A DNA stretch of 63,798 bases, counting the filler, from Lenisia limosa (lineage: Eukaryota; Protista; Breviatea): NCBI GenBank assembly GCA_001655205.1. It is 12 parts of 12 records of this genome, joined end to end, with 100 filler letters (N's around TTAATTAATTAA, not from the genome) between each part and the next. Parts side by side here need not be neighbours in the genome. Positions count along the whole stretch, not along the records: positions 36,482 to 51,518 come from LPNZ01009384.1; 11 more parts are not named here. One strand, 5' to 3'. Position numbers and translations under genes: made by a program. Within the stretch, counting starts at the first letter, position 1. Each line of letters begins with the position of its first letter. Shown piece after piece: positions 36,625 to 49,600 of the stretch. A model generated the notes under the pieces. It ran no database searches. It was not told the DNA's origin and saw nothing but the letters and a program-made list of their open reading frames with translations.

Positions 36625-39600
36625 AATGCAGTGTTGGTGCCAACTGCTCTCTCCCTGGTACGACTGTCCCCGCTTCTTCTTACGGCTATTACAAGAGAGA
36701 GGAAAACGTGGGCTTTACTGCGAATAACTAAACAAAATAACACAACACCTCATGCCCCAGGCGTATCACAGCTGCCTTCCTGCCGAGGCTTGTTTGGGAC
36801 GCAACTTGTGTGATGATGGCTACCAAGGTGTTGACTGCGGACAATGGTAGGGTGGCTAACTCAACAACTTTGAATAATCGTAAAGGGCAAATAGTCTATA
36901 TATCCTTGTTTTCTTTAACAAAATTTGATATAACGATGCAGTGCTTCAGACGGGACGGATCAGACGCACTACAGAATCAACGGCAAATGCGAGGTTAGCT
37001 GCGAATATATATCCTAAACCCCTGTTCCAATGCTATTAATGTGATTAACCCTTCAGAGCTGCCCCGACTACGTCCTCTTCGTGGCCCTTGCGATTTTCTT
37101 CATTGGTGTGGCACTGGCCGTGTTGGCGCTACTTCTACTGAAGAAGGGCTTCGACTTCGGTTCACTCGTCGTCTTCGTCAACTTTGTGGGCTTGGGTCGA
37201 TTGGATATTGTCCCATATTACCATATCAACGATCTGCTTGTTTAAACATGTTCTAATAATGCAGACCCAAATTATGGCCTTCTACGCTCAAGTCAACGCC
37301 TGGCCGAAAACTATCCAAACAGTCTTCGATACATTCCAGTTTGCCGCGTTCAACATGGACTCGCTGGCTCTTCCCTGCCTCATGCACACCACTTACTTCA
37401 CGCTGTTCCTTATCAAGGTACTGCTTGCTCTTCAGCTGTTGTCGCCATCAACCTTCTCATGTTGTAGATGATGATTCCCTTCATCCTGGCTGTCTTCTTT
37501 GTTTTGGCCAATCTGACCATGTTCATCATCATGTAAGAGGACCGCTTCAATGGCATTTGCAGCTTATGAGAAAGATTCTGAAACTACGAATATTCTCTAA
37601 TATCAAAACGCAGAACACCATACCTGGGTGATGCACCGGCCTGTTTTATTTGCGTTGTCTTGCTGACCCTTTAGGACGCTGAAGGCCAAACGCCAGGCCA
37701 AGAAGGGCCTTGAAGTGGTGTCTGTCCATGCTTTCAGAAGGTTAGCAATTGACATGCAGTTACCGGGATAAGTCTTAACCGATTTTCCTTGGGAAATCAT
37801 TTAGCAAATCGGTCAAGACTTATTCCAGTTACTGTATCTTACGGTCTTTGTTGTTAAAAGCTGTACACCTGTGTGAAATGCAAAGTCCTACCCGTTTTAG
37901 AACTTTCGCGTCAGTCTCTGTGAACATGTTCACCTACTTCATGACTCTCCTCTACCCCCTGTCAACCATCAGTGCCTTGTTGTTCTTCAAATGTACAGAA
38001 CAGGTTTGCGCCTTCACGTGAAAACTCACACTCTCCACATTTCTTTCGTTATCCCCATTGTGGCCCCTTCATTGATATCTCCCCAGCCTGATGGAACAAT
38101 GACCATGGACGAAGCCCCGGAGTACCAGTGCTACTCGGACCAATGGTGGATCTGGTTCCCTCTCGTGTTCGGATGTGCTATTGGGTGGGGGGGGGGGGCT
38201 TCTTTCTTTCATTCTGAGTTATTTATTTTCAAACAGTAAATATCGCCAATATTCTCACATTCACACTTGTAGATATGGTCTTGGTATTCCGCTCTTCGTG
38301 TTTGTGATTCTGGTCAAAAACAGACATCGCCTGGATGAGCCGATTTTCCGCATGATGTTCAGTGCCCTCTATCTGCGCTACAACAGAAGACGGTGAGGGA
38401 TAGAAAAGTCAAGTAAAGCACGCAAACACTAAATTACCACCAGATACACAGCAACGACTTCTTAAGAACAGTTCCGAACTCACCCCTCCAGTTACCTGTG
38501 GGAACTGACGATTATCATTCGAAAGGTCCTGGTACTGACGGCCTTCCTTTATTTCACAACCACAATGTTCCAAATCATGCTTGGTCTCTTGACGATCTTC
38601 GCATTCTACTCGTAAGCAACAGGACTATTATTAGCAATGCAGTGCTCCATAATCAGGGCTTCACCTTTGTTCGAAAAAAGACTGAAATTCTCGATAAATC
38701 CTCGAAAACTAACGATATTTGACTGGATTTTTTCGAATTGAAGTGAATCTCTATCCATTATACCATAACTAACCGCATAGTTTGCATCTCTTTGCGAAAC
38801 CTCATGAGCGATGGACTTTAATTCAGCTCGAAGCCATCTCTCTTGGTAGCTCTTTCGTCATCCTCTTCTGTGCCCTTGCTTTCACTGTGGGGGGGATGAC
38901 GATTATTATTATGATTATTATGATTATTATGATTATTATGATTATTATGATTATTATTGGTGTGGTCGGCTTCGGATGAGTACTACCTTATTTTTTATTT
39001 CTCATTGCTATGTATCTAACATCCCATATCTTACCCTAACAGGCTGGCATGCCCACACAACTGTCCCATGACTTCCTGATTGGCATTGTCCTGTTGCTCA
39101 TCTTCGGCACCACCGCCATTTTCCTCGTTGTCTTCGCCTACGAGGTTCACGCTTACCGCAAGCAGTCTAAAATCGACGCACAGGTTTGGTTAACTCAGCT
39201 AGGTTTTTTTTTATTTTTATTGATACCATGCAAATTCCACCAATGATTATAAGATATTCGTACAGTAAAGCTCCTCAGCCAGTGACTGACTGACCACATA
39301 GGCCCGGACTCGTGACAAGCAGCTCAAGGCGCTGCAGCAGAAGGAGACCGACCTGGCCGGACCTCAGAGCCTCAGCCAGTCTGCTGAGAGCCAGTCTCAA
39401 GGCCTTCAGGTGCGTTGTTATGCTTCTTTCCTGCCCCATCCCTTGTGTTTTATTAAAGGCTTCACTTCGGTGCGAAAAAAGACTGAATTTCTTGATAAAT
39501 CCTCGAAAATTATGATATTTTAGTATTATTTTTGAATCGAAGTGAAGGCCGAGTTGTTATGTTTCTTTACTGTCCCATCACTTGTGTTTTATTGGCCGTT

Positions 39601-42318
39601 ATAACCTCTTAAGGGCTTCCGTTTCTTCTCCGTCATGCCGCAAAACAGCAACACTGCCGACTCGAACCTGTTCAAGTCCGAAGTCACCGTGGTATCTTGT
39701 CAGTTCGTGGATCTCGAGGATCTGGAAGAGGTTAACGCCAAGGTGGGGACAGCGCAAAGAACCGGGCTTTCTTCTGTTAGAACTAGGGCTTCCCTACGAT
39801 CCCAAAAAAGACTGATTTTCTCGATAAATAACGATATTTTGACGGTCTTCAGACCTAAAAAGTGCGATATTAGGTTTCTTGAAAAGGATTCCCCACCCCC
39901 GTGACGCTTCAGGTCATCAAAACCGCCCGTGACGTGGCTCTCGAACGCCTGGTCCTCACGCTGCCAACGCTGGATGCGGTCTCAATCTCGTGGGGAGGGG
40001 CAAGTGGTTGCTGAGTCGTTTTTCGCTTCTTTGGTTTTTTTTGGGGGGTGTCTCCATCAAGTCTGAGCAAGACCAGATCCTGGTGTGACATATAATTGGA
40101 GTGTACAACCGCCGGATCTCTATGATCCTAGTTTCACTGCAAACAAAAGCACTAAGCAATGCCCACTAACGTGATACTTGAAGGCACTAAGCAAAGCCCA
40201 CTAACGTGATAATTGAAGGCACTAAGCAATGCCACTAACGTCTGTAGAGTGACAGAAGAACAGCTGACTGCTGGCTTCGATAATCCTCTTGATGCGCTTC
40301 AGTTTGTTCTGAAAATGCAAGGTGGGGATGGAGCGATTAGTAATGACATGGTTTTTAGTCACATATGATTGTTTTTGCATTTCAAAACCCCGGACCCTGA
40401 TGGATTTGCTTCTTTCGAATAGTCCCCTCACACAACAGTTGCCCTCCTGCATCTCCGCTGGCCGTCCGCCCTCCTAAACATGAGCCCCAAGACAAACGAA
40501 ATCATGAATGCCAAGGTGAGCCCCTTTTTCCTCTCGCAATACCCTGGTTTCCCCTGTGTTCCTTTGCACTAAGACCCCTCAGGGCGACAATCTGTTGTGG
40601 CGTGGTCTGCGCTGCGCAATGGCTGTCTCCACCGGAGAGCCTGGAGCCATCGGACGCCCCTTGTTCGAGAAGGTAGGCAAAGGGCTTGAACTTCCAATAC
40701 CTGTCTTAACTGTAAGTGTTGTAGCGTTCGGTCATGTATGGTCTTTATTTCTCCCCCTAGGTTGAACCTCGTGCTCGCGCTATTTGCTCTCTCTCTGCTC
40801 CGGGACAGGTATGCATTCACTTCTATGTTCTCTTTTCTCCTGTGTCCCCAACCCCCAGTGCAGCACAATGGTTTCTCAGTGTGTCATGAATCCNNNNNNN
40901 NNNNNNNNNNNNNNNNNNNNNNNNNNNNNNNNNNNNNNNNNNNNNNNNNNNNNNNNNNNNNNNNNNNNNNNNNNNNNNNNNNNNNNNNNNNNNNNNNNNN
41001 NNNNNNNNNNNNNNNNNNNNNNNNNNNNNNNNNNNNATCCCCGCAATATGATCACTCTCACCATCCAAGATCATTCTCGCTGACACCACGTGGGAGGCCT
41101 TACTGCTGCACCGCAATGACTTAATCAAGAAGAAGATCTTCAAGGACATGGTAGGCTGACTCAATGCCACGCAGAGTTGATACCATTGTACTTTAGCAGT
41201 CTGGTTCAACTTAATCAGTTTGTAATTTTCACGCTTTTTTTATTATTATCACATAAATTTTTCAATTTTCCGTACGTTGGAGTGATAGGATTCGGTGCTG
41301 NNNNNNNNNNNNNNNNNNNNNNNNNNNNNNNNNNNNNNNNNNNNNNNNNNNNNNNNNNNNNNNNNNNNNNNNNNNNNNNNNNNNNNNNNNNNNNNNNNNN
41401 NNNNNNNNNNNNNNNNNNNNNNNNNNNNNNNNNNNNNNNNNNNNNNNNNNNNNNNNNNNNNNNNNNNNNNNNNNNNNNNNNNNNNNNNNNNNNNNNNACC
41501 AAAGAATCCGTCTTAATGCAGGCTCTCCCCAAGGTCTGTGGACTGACAGCTCTCGGGCAGGACTGTTTTTGGAGTTTTAGATTTGGGCAATTTACATTAC
41601 CTCACGATTTAGGCTCTTTCCGAGAGAGTCTTTACAAATGCTGTGTCTCTGAAGAGCCCCAAAGCACGTAAGAGGGAATTGCTTACTCCTCTTGACTTAA
41701 AGAATGAGAAGGTGATAGTTAACCAAATCAAGAAGCCTGGGGGGGGGGGGGCNNNNNNNNNNNNNNNNNNNNNNNNNNNNNNNNNNNNNNNNNNNNNNNN
41801 NNNNNNNNNNNNNNNNNNNNNNNNNNNNNNNNNNNNNNNNNNNNNNNNNNNNNNNNNNNNNNNNNNNNNNNGCCCGGGAAATATCGATAGTTTTTGGGGA
41901 TTTTTCGGGATATTCCGTCTTTTTTTTTGAACCGAAGTGAAGCCCAAAGCACAACCATTGCCAAACGATTCACGCCTTCAGAACGCAAGGCGATGGCCGA
42001 GGGAGCAATGAGTACTCCTAGAAACGCTCAAAACGCGGGAGTCGGACAGCCTATGATCCCCCAGCGCTCTAAACGCCCTGCTGCTCTGCCTAGTTTGCCC
42101 AAGGCTGGAGGTATGTCATGTTAACATATCCACGGGTATTGGGGGCAACCTTGTGGAGATAGAGATAAATCCTCAAAATTTGCCATTTTTTCACCTTTGT
42201 ATTGCTGGCGAGTTGAAGGGACCCTTTGGCCCAATACAGTTAACCTGCTCTCGAGCCGTTCTTTCTTTTACTCACTATTGTAGGAGGAGGAGGAGTCAGA
42301 AGCCCTCCCAACCTTTAA
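36625..42318 (+). CDS. Cys-rich ectodomain + multi-pass membrane region + degenerate class III nucleotidyl cyclase domain, 5' truncated
   Basis: ECSVGANC..CLPAEACLGRNLCDDGYQGVDCGQC..CESCP, then multiple hydrophobic exons (37055-39180), then EVTVVSCQFVD, VTEEQLTAGFDNPLDALQF, LLWRGLRCAMAVSTGEP, VEPRARAICSLSAPGQ, IILADTTW and IFKDM. Ends GGGGVRSPPNL* at 42318. Confidence 0.85.
37755..37836. mobile_element. MITE family C (~80-bp hairpin, CAGT termini); also 55783-55864 and partial 63216-63250
   Basis: CAGT(G/T)ACCGGGATAAGTCTT(G/A)ACCGATTT...AAATCGGTCAAGACTTAT..GT(T/C)ACTG(T/C)A. TA flanks and CAGT ends suggest the Tc1/mariner-pogo superfamily. Confidence 0.8.
38653..38753. mobile_element. MITE family A, intronic
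   Basis: Full-length copy with degenerate TIRs. Confidence 0.85.
38893..38957. repeat. 9-bp tandem repeat (ATGATTATT)n, intronic
   Basis: About 7 direct copies. Confidence 0.9.
39456..39875. mobile_element. Two intronic MITE A copies (39456-39550; variant 39785-39875)
   Basis: TIR and core matches to the family consensus. Confidence 0.8.
40147..40240. repeat. ~35-bp tandem repeat, three copies, intronic
   Basis: GCACTAAGCAA(T/A)GCCCACTAACGT repeated three times. Confidence 0.85.
41872..41946. mobile_element. MITE family A, right part after gap
   Basis: ...TTTTGAACCGAAGTGAAGCCCA. Confidence 0.75.
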
Positions 42319-43004
42319 CTAAGTATCTCCTCAAGTAACCTTTCTTGTTCATGTTTCCTTCTTGTTTTGTTGTTTCTTAGTGTTGCTCAATTTTGCCTTT
42401 TTATATTGATTATGTTGTTAATGAGAGGGCTGTTTGAGATAGGTAAATTGGTAGAAAAGAAATGCAATTACGCATTTACAATGCTATTCAGAGTTAAATA
42501 GAGTTGTAACCCTTTGATGGCACAATGTCATCGGTGTATACCAACAACTTAGAAAACAAACGCAGAGATTTTGTCTTCTTTCCTTTCTGCTTTCTTGTTT
42601 TCTATCTAGACCGTGGACCATACGCAAGTTTTATCTTATACCTTGTCTCATATCTCATAAACTGTCGTTACTCTCGTTCTTACCCCTAGGTTCCATCCTA
42701 TCTTGCCATGTTGTGAATTGCGTGCCTCCTGTTGGAATGCAAAATTACAGAATTAGGAAATAGGGAAGTTAAAAAAACGAAAGCCAAGGGGTATGTGTTC
42801 ATTATTGAATAAACGGTCAACCGAGCCAGCAACATCCGAGCCAAAGTTCAAACCTGCCATTTATGGAAATATATCAGTGTTATTTTGACTTGACTTTTGA
42901 GCTGACACTTTCAAAATAGGTATTATGTTAGTGATATCAATAGTGAATTTATCAAAACAATAACCATTCCATTCATCTCTTAACCAAAATCATGAATCTG
43001 TCAA

Positions 43005-45707
43005 ATGAGGAGGTAAGTTGGAGGCCGTAGATGACTTTAAATATGGGATTCACTCTTTTCGTTTCCGTTCCCTTTTATACACTTTAGGAAGTCACCCCGA
43101 TCCAATATGAGACATTTGAGGAGAAAAAGCGGTAGGGGTCGTTGTTTTGGTTAGCAACAGTTGAAATTTGTTACTTTCACAGGTTGAAAAGGGTAATGAA
43201 GGAACTGAAGCGAGTACATCATCTAGTGTCCAATGACCAGGTTGGATGAATAGCATTACTTCATGAATGTTTTCAATCGTCTCATCTATGAAAGCATTTA
43301 ATCGTCTCATCCATGAAAGCATTTAATTGTATCATCATTGGAATGCATTTAAATCTCATTATTTGTTCAGAAAACCTACACCCGCCCTGAGCCAAAGTAA
43401 GGATGTAATTTCATATTTCATTTCAACAATTTGTTGTATCATGAACAATTTTGGTAAAGTCAATAACAAACTCTACAGCCTCCCTAAAAGTCCTGCAATT
43501 GAGCAAATGGCTGCCCAAAATGCAAACCCAACATGGGCAAAATCAAGCATGTTGCCATGGCAGTTCACGGTATGTCTGAAGAATTGCTGTCATTTTAATT
43601 CTTATGATCATAGATGTTGGAAGAGGGTCTTCACGCCGGGTCTGCCCTTGAGCAAGTTGTTAGCAATGTAGGCGGTGGCGGAATATAGGGCTTAACTTTG
43701 GTTCAAAAAAGACTGAATTTATCGATAAATCTTCGAAAATTTTCGATAGTCTACCTGTATTTTTTGAATCGAAGTCAAGTCCAAGTGGATTACAAATGAA
43801 TGAAATGAGTTAGAAGTAAGTATTTTAGGCGGATAAAGAGAAGAAATTCGCAATAGACAAGAGCCTATTTGAAGCCCATACATAGGAATTTCACTCATTT
43901 TCTAGGCAGTAGAGCAGAACAATGTCCAAGTAATCCAGCAGTTGCCCCAGCCTTTACCAGTTTATAAGAAACACATCTCATTGTGAGTACTCTGTCATAT
44001 TATTCCTGTGTGATCACTGTGAGTACACATCTATATACTGATATACTGTCATTTTTTAATAATCCTGTAACACTANNNNNNNNNNNNNNNNNNNNNNNNN
44101 NNNNNNNNNNNNNNNNNNNNNNNNNNNNNNNNNNNNNNNTCACCGAAACAGCCGTTATTATGTCTCGGCCGCTGGTAGGCATGGTTTGGGATAAGAATCT
44201 TTTTCACTCACATTTCAGAATCCAGGCATCATAGCCCCTCATATCAGCTACAAATCCATTTCTCATTGCAAAGTAGGAATAATGACATGTTTGATAGTAA
44301 TTAGAGATTCACTTTCGGTTCCGAAACACCTGTAAAATATCGATATCTATCGAGGTTTTATCGAGAATTCAGACTTTTTTGGAACCGAAAGTACAGCTCT
44401 AATAGCAATGTACATCATTTCTTACACACTTAGACCCTAGAAGAAATTGGGGCAATTTTCTCCAAAGGTTTAGTGTTGAAATAGACCTAATTAGGTTCAT
44501 CCTTTTAGGATTAACAATGCAAGGTGAGTTGGAAGAGCACCTGTATCAGGCAATTCAAAAGAAACGGAGATTCTTAATGACAAGGTAGGAACATTATATC
44601 CAACTTGCATATATGAGATGCATATCATTTTCTATATTATATGATATAAATATATATATATCAACTGTATGTACATATTATATATTGTATGTAATATAGA
44701 GTATATATCGATATACTATATTCATACATGTAGAATGTGGGAAGTGATTTATCCAAACATGGACAGCTTCGCCAGAGTTACGGCCGAATCAGTGAAACAC
44801 TATACTAAAAAGGTAGTTGGAGATTGAAGCTTAGCTGAAAGTGGTCTGTTAGTACATTGGGATGAATGCCAATTCACCTTCTTTAATATTGTAGCACATG
44901 ATTAAAGTTTCGAGAGAATCAGCTATGCGCTACTTTTCAGCCGTTCTTGCCAGAGAAGTACTGGCAATGGTCTGCGTTGTACGTGATATGTAGAAGTTTA
45001 GGAATATACAGAATATCAGTAATAGTGCAATTATTTTTGAATATTTTGGAAACTTTCAAAAAAACATATCACTCATATGATAAGATGATAATAGTATTAG
45101 TATATGATATAATCGCACATTCACCCGCGTTTTGTGCCGATATAATATCACTTCGTACTCCCGATGATTAACACCCATAATTATGATACAACTAGGTTTT
45201 GTTCCCTGCAGTGTGTAGTCTCCGTCCGTCTATGGTTGACAGCGATACTGAGCACAGACACCCCCATTTGACTGCGCATCACACGGGTGTCAAGGTCAGC
45301 GAAGTGAAACTGGCCAACATGTCAAAGCAGTTTCAACAAAATTGCTTCACATTTGTGACCATATTTAGGGAAGCAGCCACGAACATCTACCTTCTGTTTC
45401 TTTTGTGAGCATTTAATATGCTGTCATCTTACCTATTTAGCCCACTGTCCAAAAAGTCAGCTTCACCATCAAATCGGTAAGCTGTATTTAGAGTTTTACT
45501 TTGGTTCAAAAAAAACTGCATTTCTCGATAAATCCTCGAAAGGTATCGATATATTTCTGGACTTTTTCGAACCGAAGTGAAACCCTTGTTGCTGATAATA
45601 GGGGGTAATGACTGAACAAACACCCCGCTAATATGGAATAATATCTTCAGCCAAGCCCCTCAATCGAAACGGCTATGACCAATGCAATGCCCGATCTCGT
45701 AAAATGA
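43005..45707 (+). CDS. Hypothetical protein, about 14 short exons
   Basis: Chain of mostly phase-consistent GT-AG exons from MRRLKRVMKELKR through MWEVIYPNMDSFARV and SRESAMRYFSAVLARE to PSPSIETAMTNAMPDLVK*. No family recognised. Confidence 0.6.
43686..45587. mobile_element. Three intronic MITE A copies (43686-43783, 44302-44401, 45489-45587)
   Basis: Each is a ~100-bp hairpin with the family core, in three different introns of the 43005-45707 gene. Confidence 0.8.
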
Positions 45708-45934
45708 CAGTAATCGACCATGAATTATATATCATAGGAATTTGAGCTTCGACTTGTTCCTTTCTACTGCTCTTTAATAGCTTTACAATCTGTAGTTTGG
45801 GCAAAATGATGGGTAAGGAAGGAATTAACAAACGGGATTATCATATATTATACAGGTGATAGACCTCAAAAACAGAAAAAAATGGATTAGACTACACATT
45901 AGAGAATAGAAGAGCACCCTCACTATAACATTAA

Positions 45935-46050
45935 GCGCATAAAGCTGTGTGCACAGAGTTGTAAGGCAAATGATTGGGTGAATTAATATTATCCTTTAAT
46001 CCAATATCTCTTATAAGCGAACCTTATTTGTTATTTCTCATTGCTATATA
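45935..46050 (+). repeat. Dispersed repeat family R2 (reference copy, about 10 copies)
   Basis: Consensus GAGTTGTAAGGCAAATGATTGGGTGAATTAAT...GCGTGATGGTGTGGACGGCTTTGGCCAGATACAACCTTGTTTTATTTCTCATTGCTAT. Copies at ~800(-), 7285(-), 10585(-), 12745(-), 15336(+), 17168(+), 34886(+), 38955(+), 45935(+) and 51619(+). No TIRs. Confidence 0.85.
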
Positions 46051-46639
46051 TACCATTAAGCGATCATGACAATAGTCCATGCTCAACAGCCCCATTGGAA
46101 TAATGATCGACCCCTTCCTACCATTGGGGGTGAGTGTGAAATGAAGGATCTTTCGAGAATATCGCCATTTGAAGGAGAAGGTTTTAGCTCTGCTGGGTTA
46201 AAAAAAATTTCGACAGTCGCCAGGGATTCCACTAGACATATGGCAATGAAACCTAATAAATCTGATATGCCGTCAACTTAAACAAGGTTTTTTGTTTGAG
46301 TAAAAGATCGCTGGGATCCCACTGATACTAGGACCAAGTCCGCTCGCGAGTAGGCGAGTTCCATTGGCTCACCGTTAGGTTATGTGATACGGATTTTGAA
46401 AAGTGGTGGAAATTAAAGAATCTTAAATGCAGTAGTGTGTTTAATGATAGTTTTATTTCAGTAAAAGAGGAACGTACCGATAACAAAAAATGAGTATTCA
46501 ATAGTAATATCGTAAATAGGTTATGAGACTAGTTCAGTTCATCGGATATTTGGTTCACAAAATAAAATTGCATTCCTCTTTTGAAAATTTTGAGCCCACC
46601 CTCCTCATCCCAGGTCAATTCCTAACTAGGCTCTTTATG

Positions 46640-49600
46640 TTTCTTCAATATACAATAGGGCTCTATGAAGGGTAGGTGTTCTGGGGTTTTCACGCCCCAA
46701 ACACCATCGTCTGATATGGTTGTCCTCCTGACACTATCCTGGTTCCCAAATATACAAGACTCGCAATCTCCATAATATTCATATGGAATAAGAAATAGGT
46801 ATTGAAAGGTTTTCTCAATCAGTCAACAAATAACCCATCCCTTACACTTTCACACACGATAGACGATACTCCCACTTACCTAAAATATTAGAGGNNNNNN
46901 NNNNNNNNNNNNNNNNNNNNNNNNNNNNNNNNNNNNNNNNNNNNNNNNNNNNNNNNNNNNNNNNNNNNNNNNNNNNNNNNNNNNNNNNNNNNNNNNNNNN
47001 NNNNNNNNNNNNNNNNNNNNNNNNNNNNNNNNNNNNNNNNNNNNNNNNNNATGGAGACGAGTGGCCTCCAGAATCTGAACGATAAACCAAGCAGAAAGGA
47101 AGGGGTATGTGCTCTTCTAAGTTGCCTTAACAACAACAAAAAAAGCGTATGTATGTACTAATATGAACATTCTAATCGTAATTTGCTCTCTCACCTTGTA
47201 AATGTGCTCATTCATGAGGGGCTTGGGACAGAACTCATGCATGCCACTTGAGATGGCAGATTCCCTCTCATGGTCCATGACGCCTGCACTGAGGCCGACA
47301 ATTAATGGACAGCGCTGGGGGGAGGGGGTGAAGACATGATAGTCAAAAACAAAACAGAATTGAACTCTGGGAGGAAGAATAACAACCACAACTTGAAAGA
47401 TGGGTAGGGCTTCACTTCGGTACGAAAAAGACCAGTACTATATCGATAGTTTTCGAGGATTTATCAAAAAATGCAGTCTTTTTTCGAACCGAAGTGAAAC
47501 CTTAAAGATGGGATAACCAAATGTAAATGTATTATTCCGCAAACGAGGCGCTCAACTGATTGTCGAATTAGAGTGGTTGCTTCCTTACCACCCATTACTG
47601 GCATTTGTACGTCCTGAATTGGTAAATATACATATATATATATATATATATATATGGCTCCGTCCAATTAATTGAAAAAATAATTGCAAATTTTGAAGTA
47701 AGACACAATGTAAACTCAAATTGCGACACTTTAATTTCAAATTTTGTCAATTTCTTCAAAAAATTAATTGCATGTAGCCCTGGAAAAATTTCACACAAGA
47801 GTGTTGGATGAAACCCCCATCATGCGCGACCCAGCCGCCCACCATTAAGACGACGTCGATAATGTCACTACCAGATGCCACTATTTCGAAGGCCTAGAGT
47901 CACGCAGTTAAACGGCCATCATCAGAAAAGACCAAATAGAACAATCATTAAGCAGGAAAATCCATTTTATAATGATTTCAAAATTCCAAATTCTCTCGTT
48001 TTTTTTTNNNNNNNNNNNNNNNNNNNNNNNNNNNNNNNNNNNNNNNNNNNNNNNNNNNNNNNNNNNGCCTCAAGAATGGTACAGCCCATTTTTTCAAAAC
48101 GTTTGCACGCAGTTTGACGAAGTAGTTTGTTCTAAAATGGTGATATGATGCTGGGAGCTTGCCCCTCTGACGTCCGCTAAGACATCGATAGTTATGTCGG
48201 AATTGACAATGACGGTTATATCAGTGTGAACAATGACAGTTATGTTGGAATTGACAATGACGGTTACGTCAGTAATGACAGTGACGGTTATGTCGGTATC
48301 TAGGTTAGTTGATCAATGTTGTAGACCCCCCCCCCCCCNNNNNNNNNNNNNNNNNNNNNNNNNNNNNNNNNNNNNNNNNNNNNNNNNNNNNNNNNNNNNN
48401 NNNNNNNNNNNNNNNNNNNNNNNNNNNNNNNNNNNNNNNNNNNNNNNNNNNNNNNNNNNNNNNNNNNNNNNNNNNNNNNNNNNNNNNNNNNNNNNNNNNN
48501 NNNNNNAGAGTAAAAAACATTCTTCAACAGCCAATGCTTAAGAAAGATACACTCGAGATGAACCCTCTTGTTATCTTTGTTCACCATTTCGACTTGAAAG
48601 TCGGTCATATGATCATATCACTTTTGGATATGGGTGAACATATTCAATGCAAGCAAACCTCTGTCAGACAACGAGCTGCCGCCAGAAATGGGCGAGTCAA
48701 CCGTCTTCTTTGGGGAAGGCGTCTCGAAATACGGGATTGGTGGGATAGCGCGATTCCTCACGGGTGTTGTAGACTTGCCCTCGTGGTTTGCCTATGCGGT
48801 AAGCTGACTCATCGTTTCACATTATCATAACTAGGGCTGCATGGTTCCGAAAACCCCATTTCAGACACTTTAATTTCCAATTTAGTCAATTTCTTCAAAA
48901 AAATAACTTCACAGAGCCCTAAATAACACACCGAGTGGTGATGATGATTCCCCTTATCCAACCTTGGCACTTTCATAGACAGCCTCAACCGTATTTCGAA
49001 GGATCTCCATTGAGATTGGCTTCTGCATGATGACTATGCCTGGGCTGGGCTCAGTTTTCGAACTGAACTGGGGGCAGAAGCGGTGCATCGCGTCTGCTTT
49101 GGAGCAGATGACGATACTCCGATTTGAAGCCTTGATTGGTGACAGGAATAAACGTGAAGAGGTACAGATTATACTCCAATTCCCCCCTCCCCAAACTTAA
49201 AAATTCTGCTCAATATAGAACCTCCCACCCCACCTTGGTTTCGGATACTGATGAAGATGCTCTGAGAGATGACCAGCTGTCACTTAGGCCTAAGAAAGTC
49301 ATGATGGATTGATAGAAGCGTTGATGGGTGGAGAAATATGAATTTAGGGCTTCACTTTCGGTTCTAAATAAGACTCAATTCTCGATAAATCCTCGATATC
49401 GATATTTTGTCAGTCTTTTGGAACCTGAAGTGAAGCTCTAAAATTTACAGAGCCTTTTTTGAAATTTATTGTAAAATTTGAAGAGTCACACATTGTAATG
49501 TAAACTCAATTTAGGACACTTTAACCTCAATTTTGTCAACTAATTTCTTCAAAAAATTAAATGCACGGAGCCCCATCAAAAAACTCAAGGACTGTGTCTA

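Noticed and set aside
37146-37168. MITE TIR-like string AGGGCTTCGACTTCGGTTC inside a coding exon
   Set aside because: Short match with an indel, no second TIR, and it reads naturally as KGFDFGS; probably chance.
44730-44970. Alpha-kinase similarity in the 43005-45707 gene
   Set aside because: Only vague resemblance; the conserved alpha-kinase GxxNLG and Cys/His motifs were not found.
48545-48625. Extra exon of the receiver gene
   Set aside because: The sequence matches dispersed repeat R4 rather than coding sequence.
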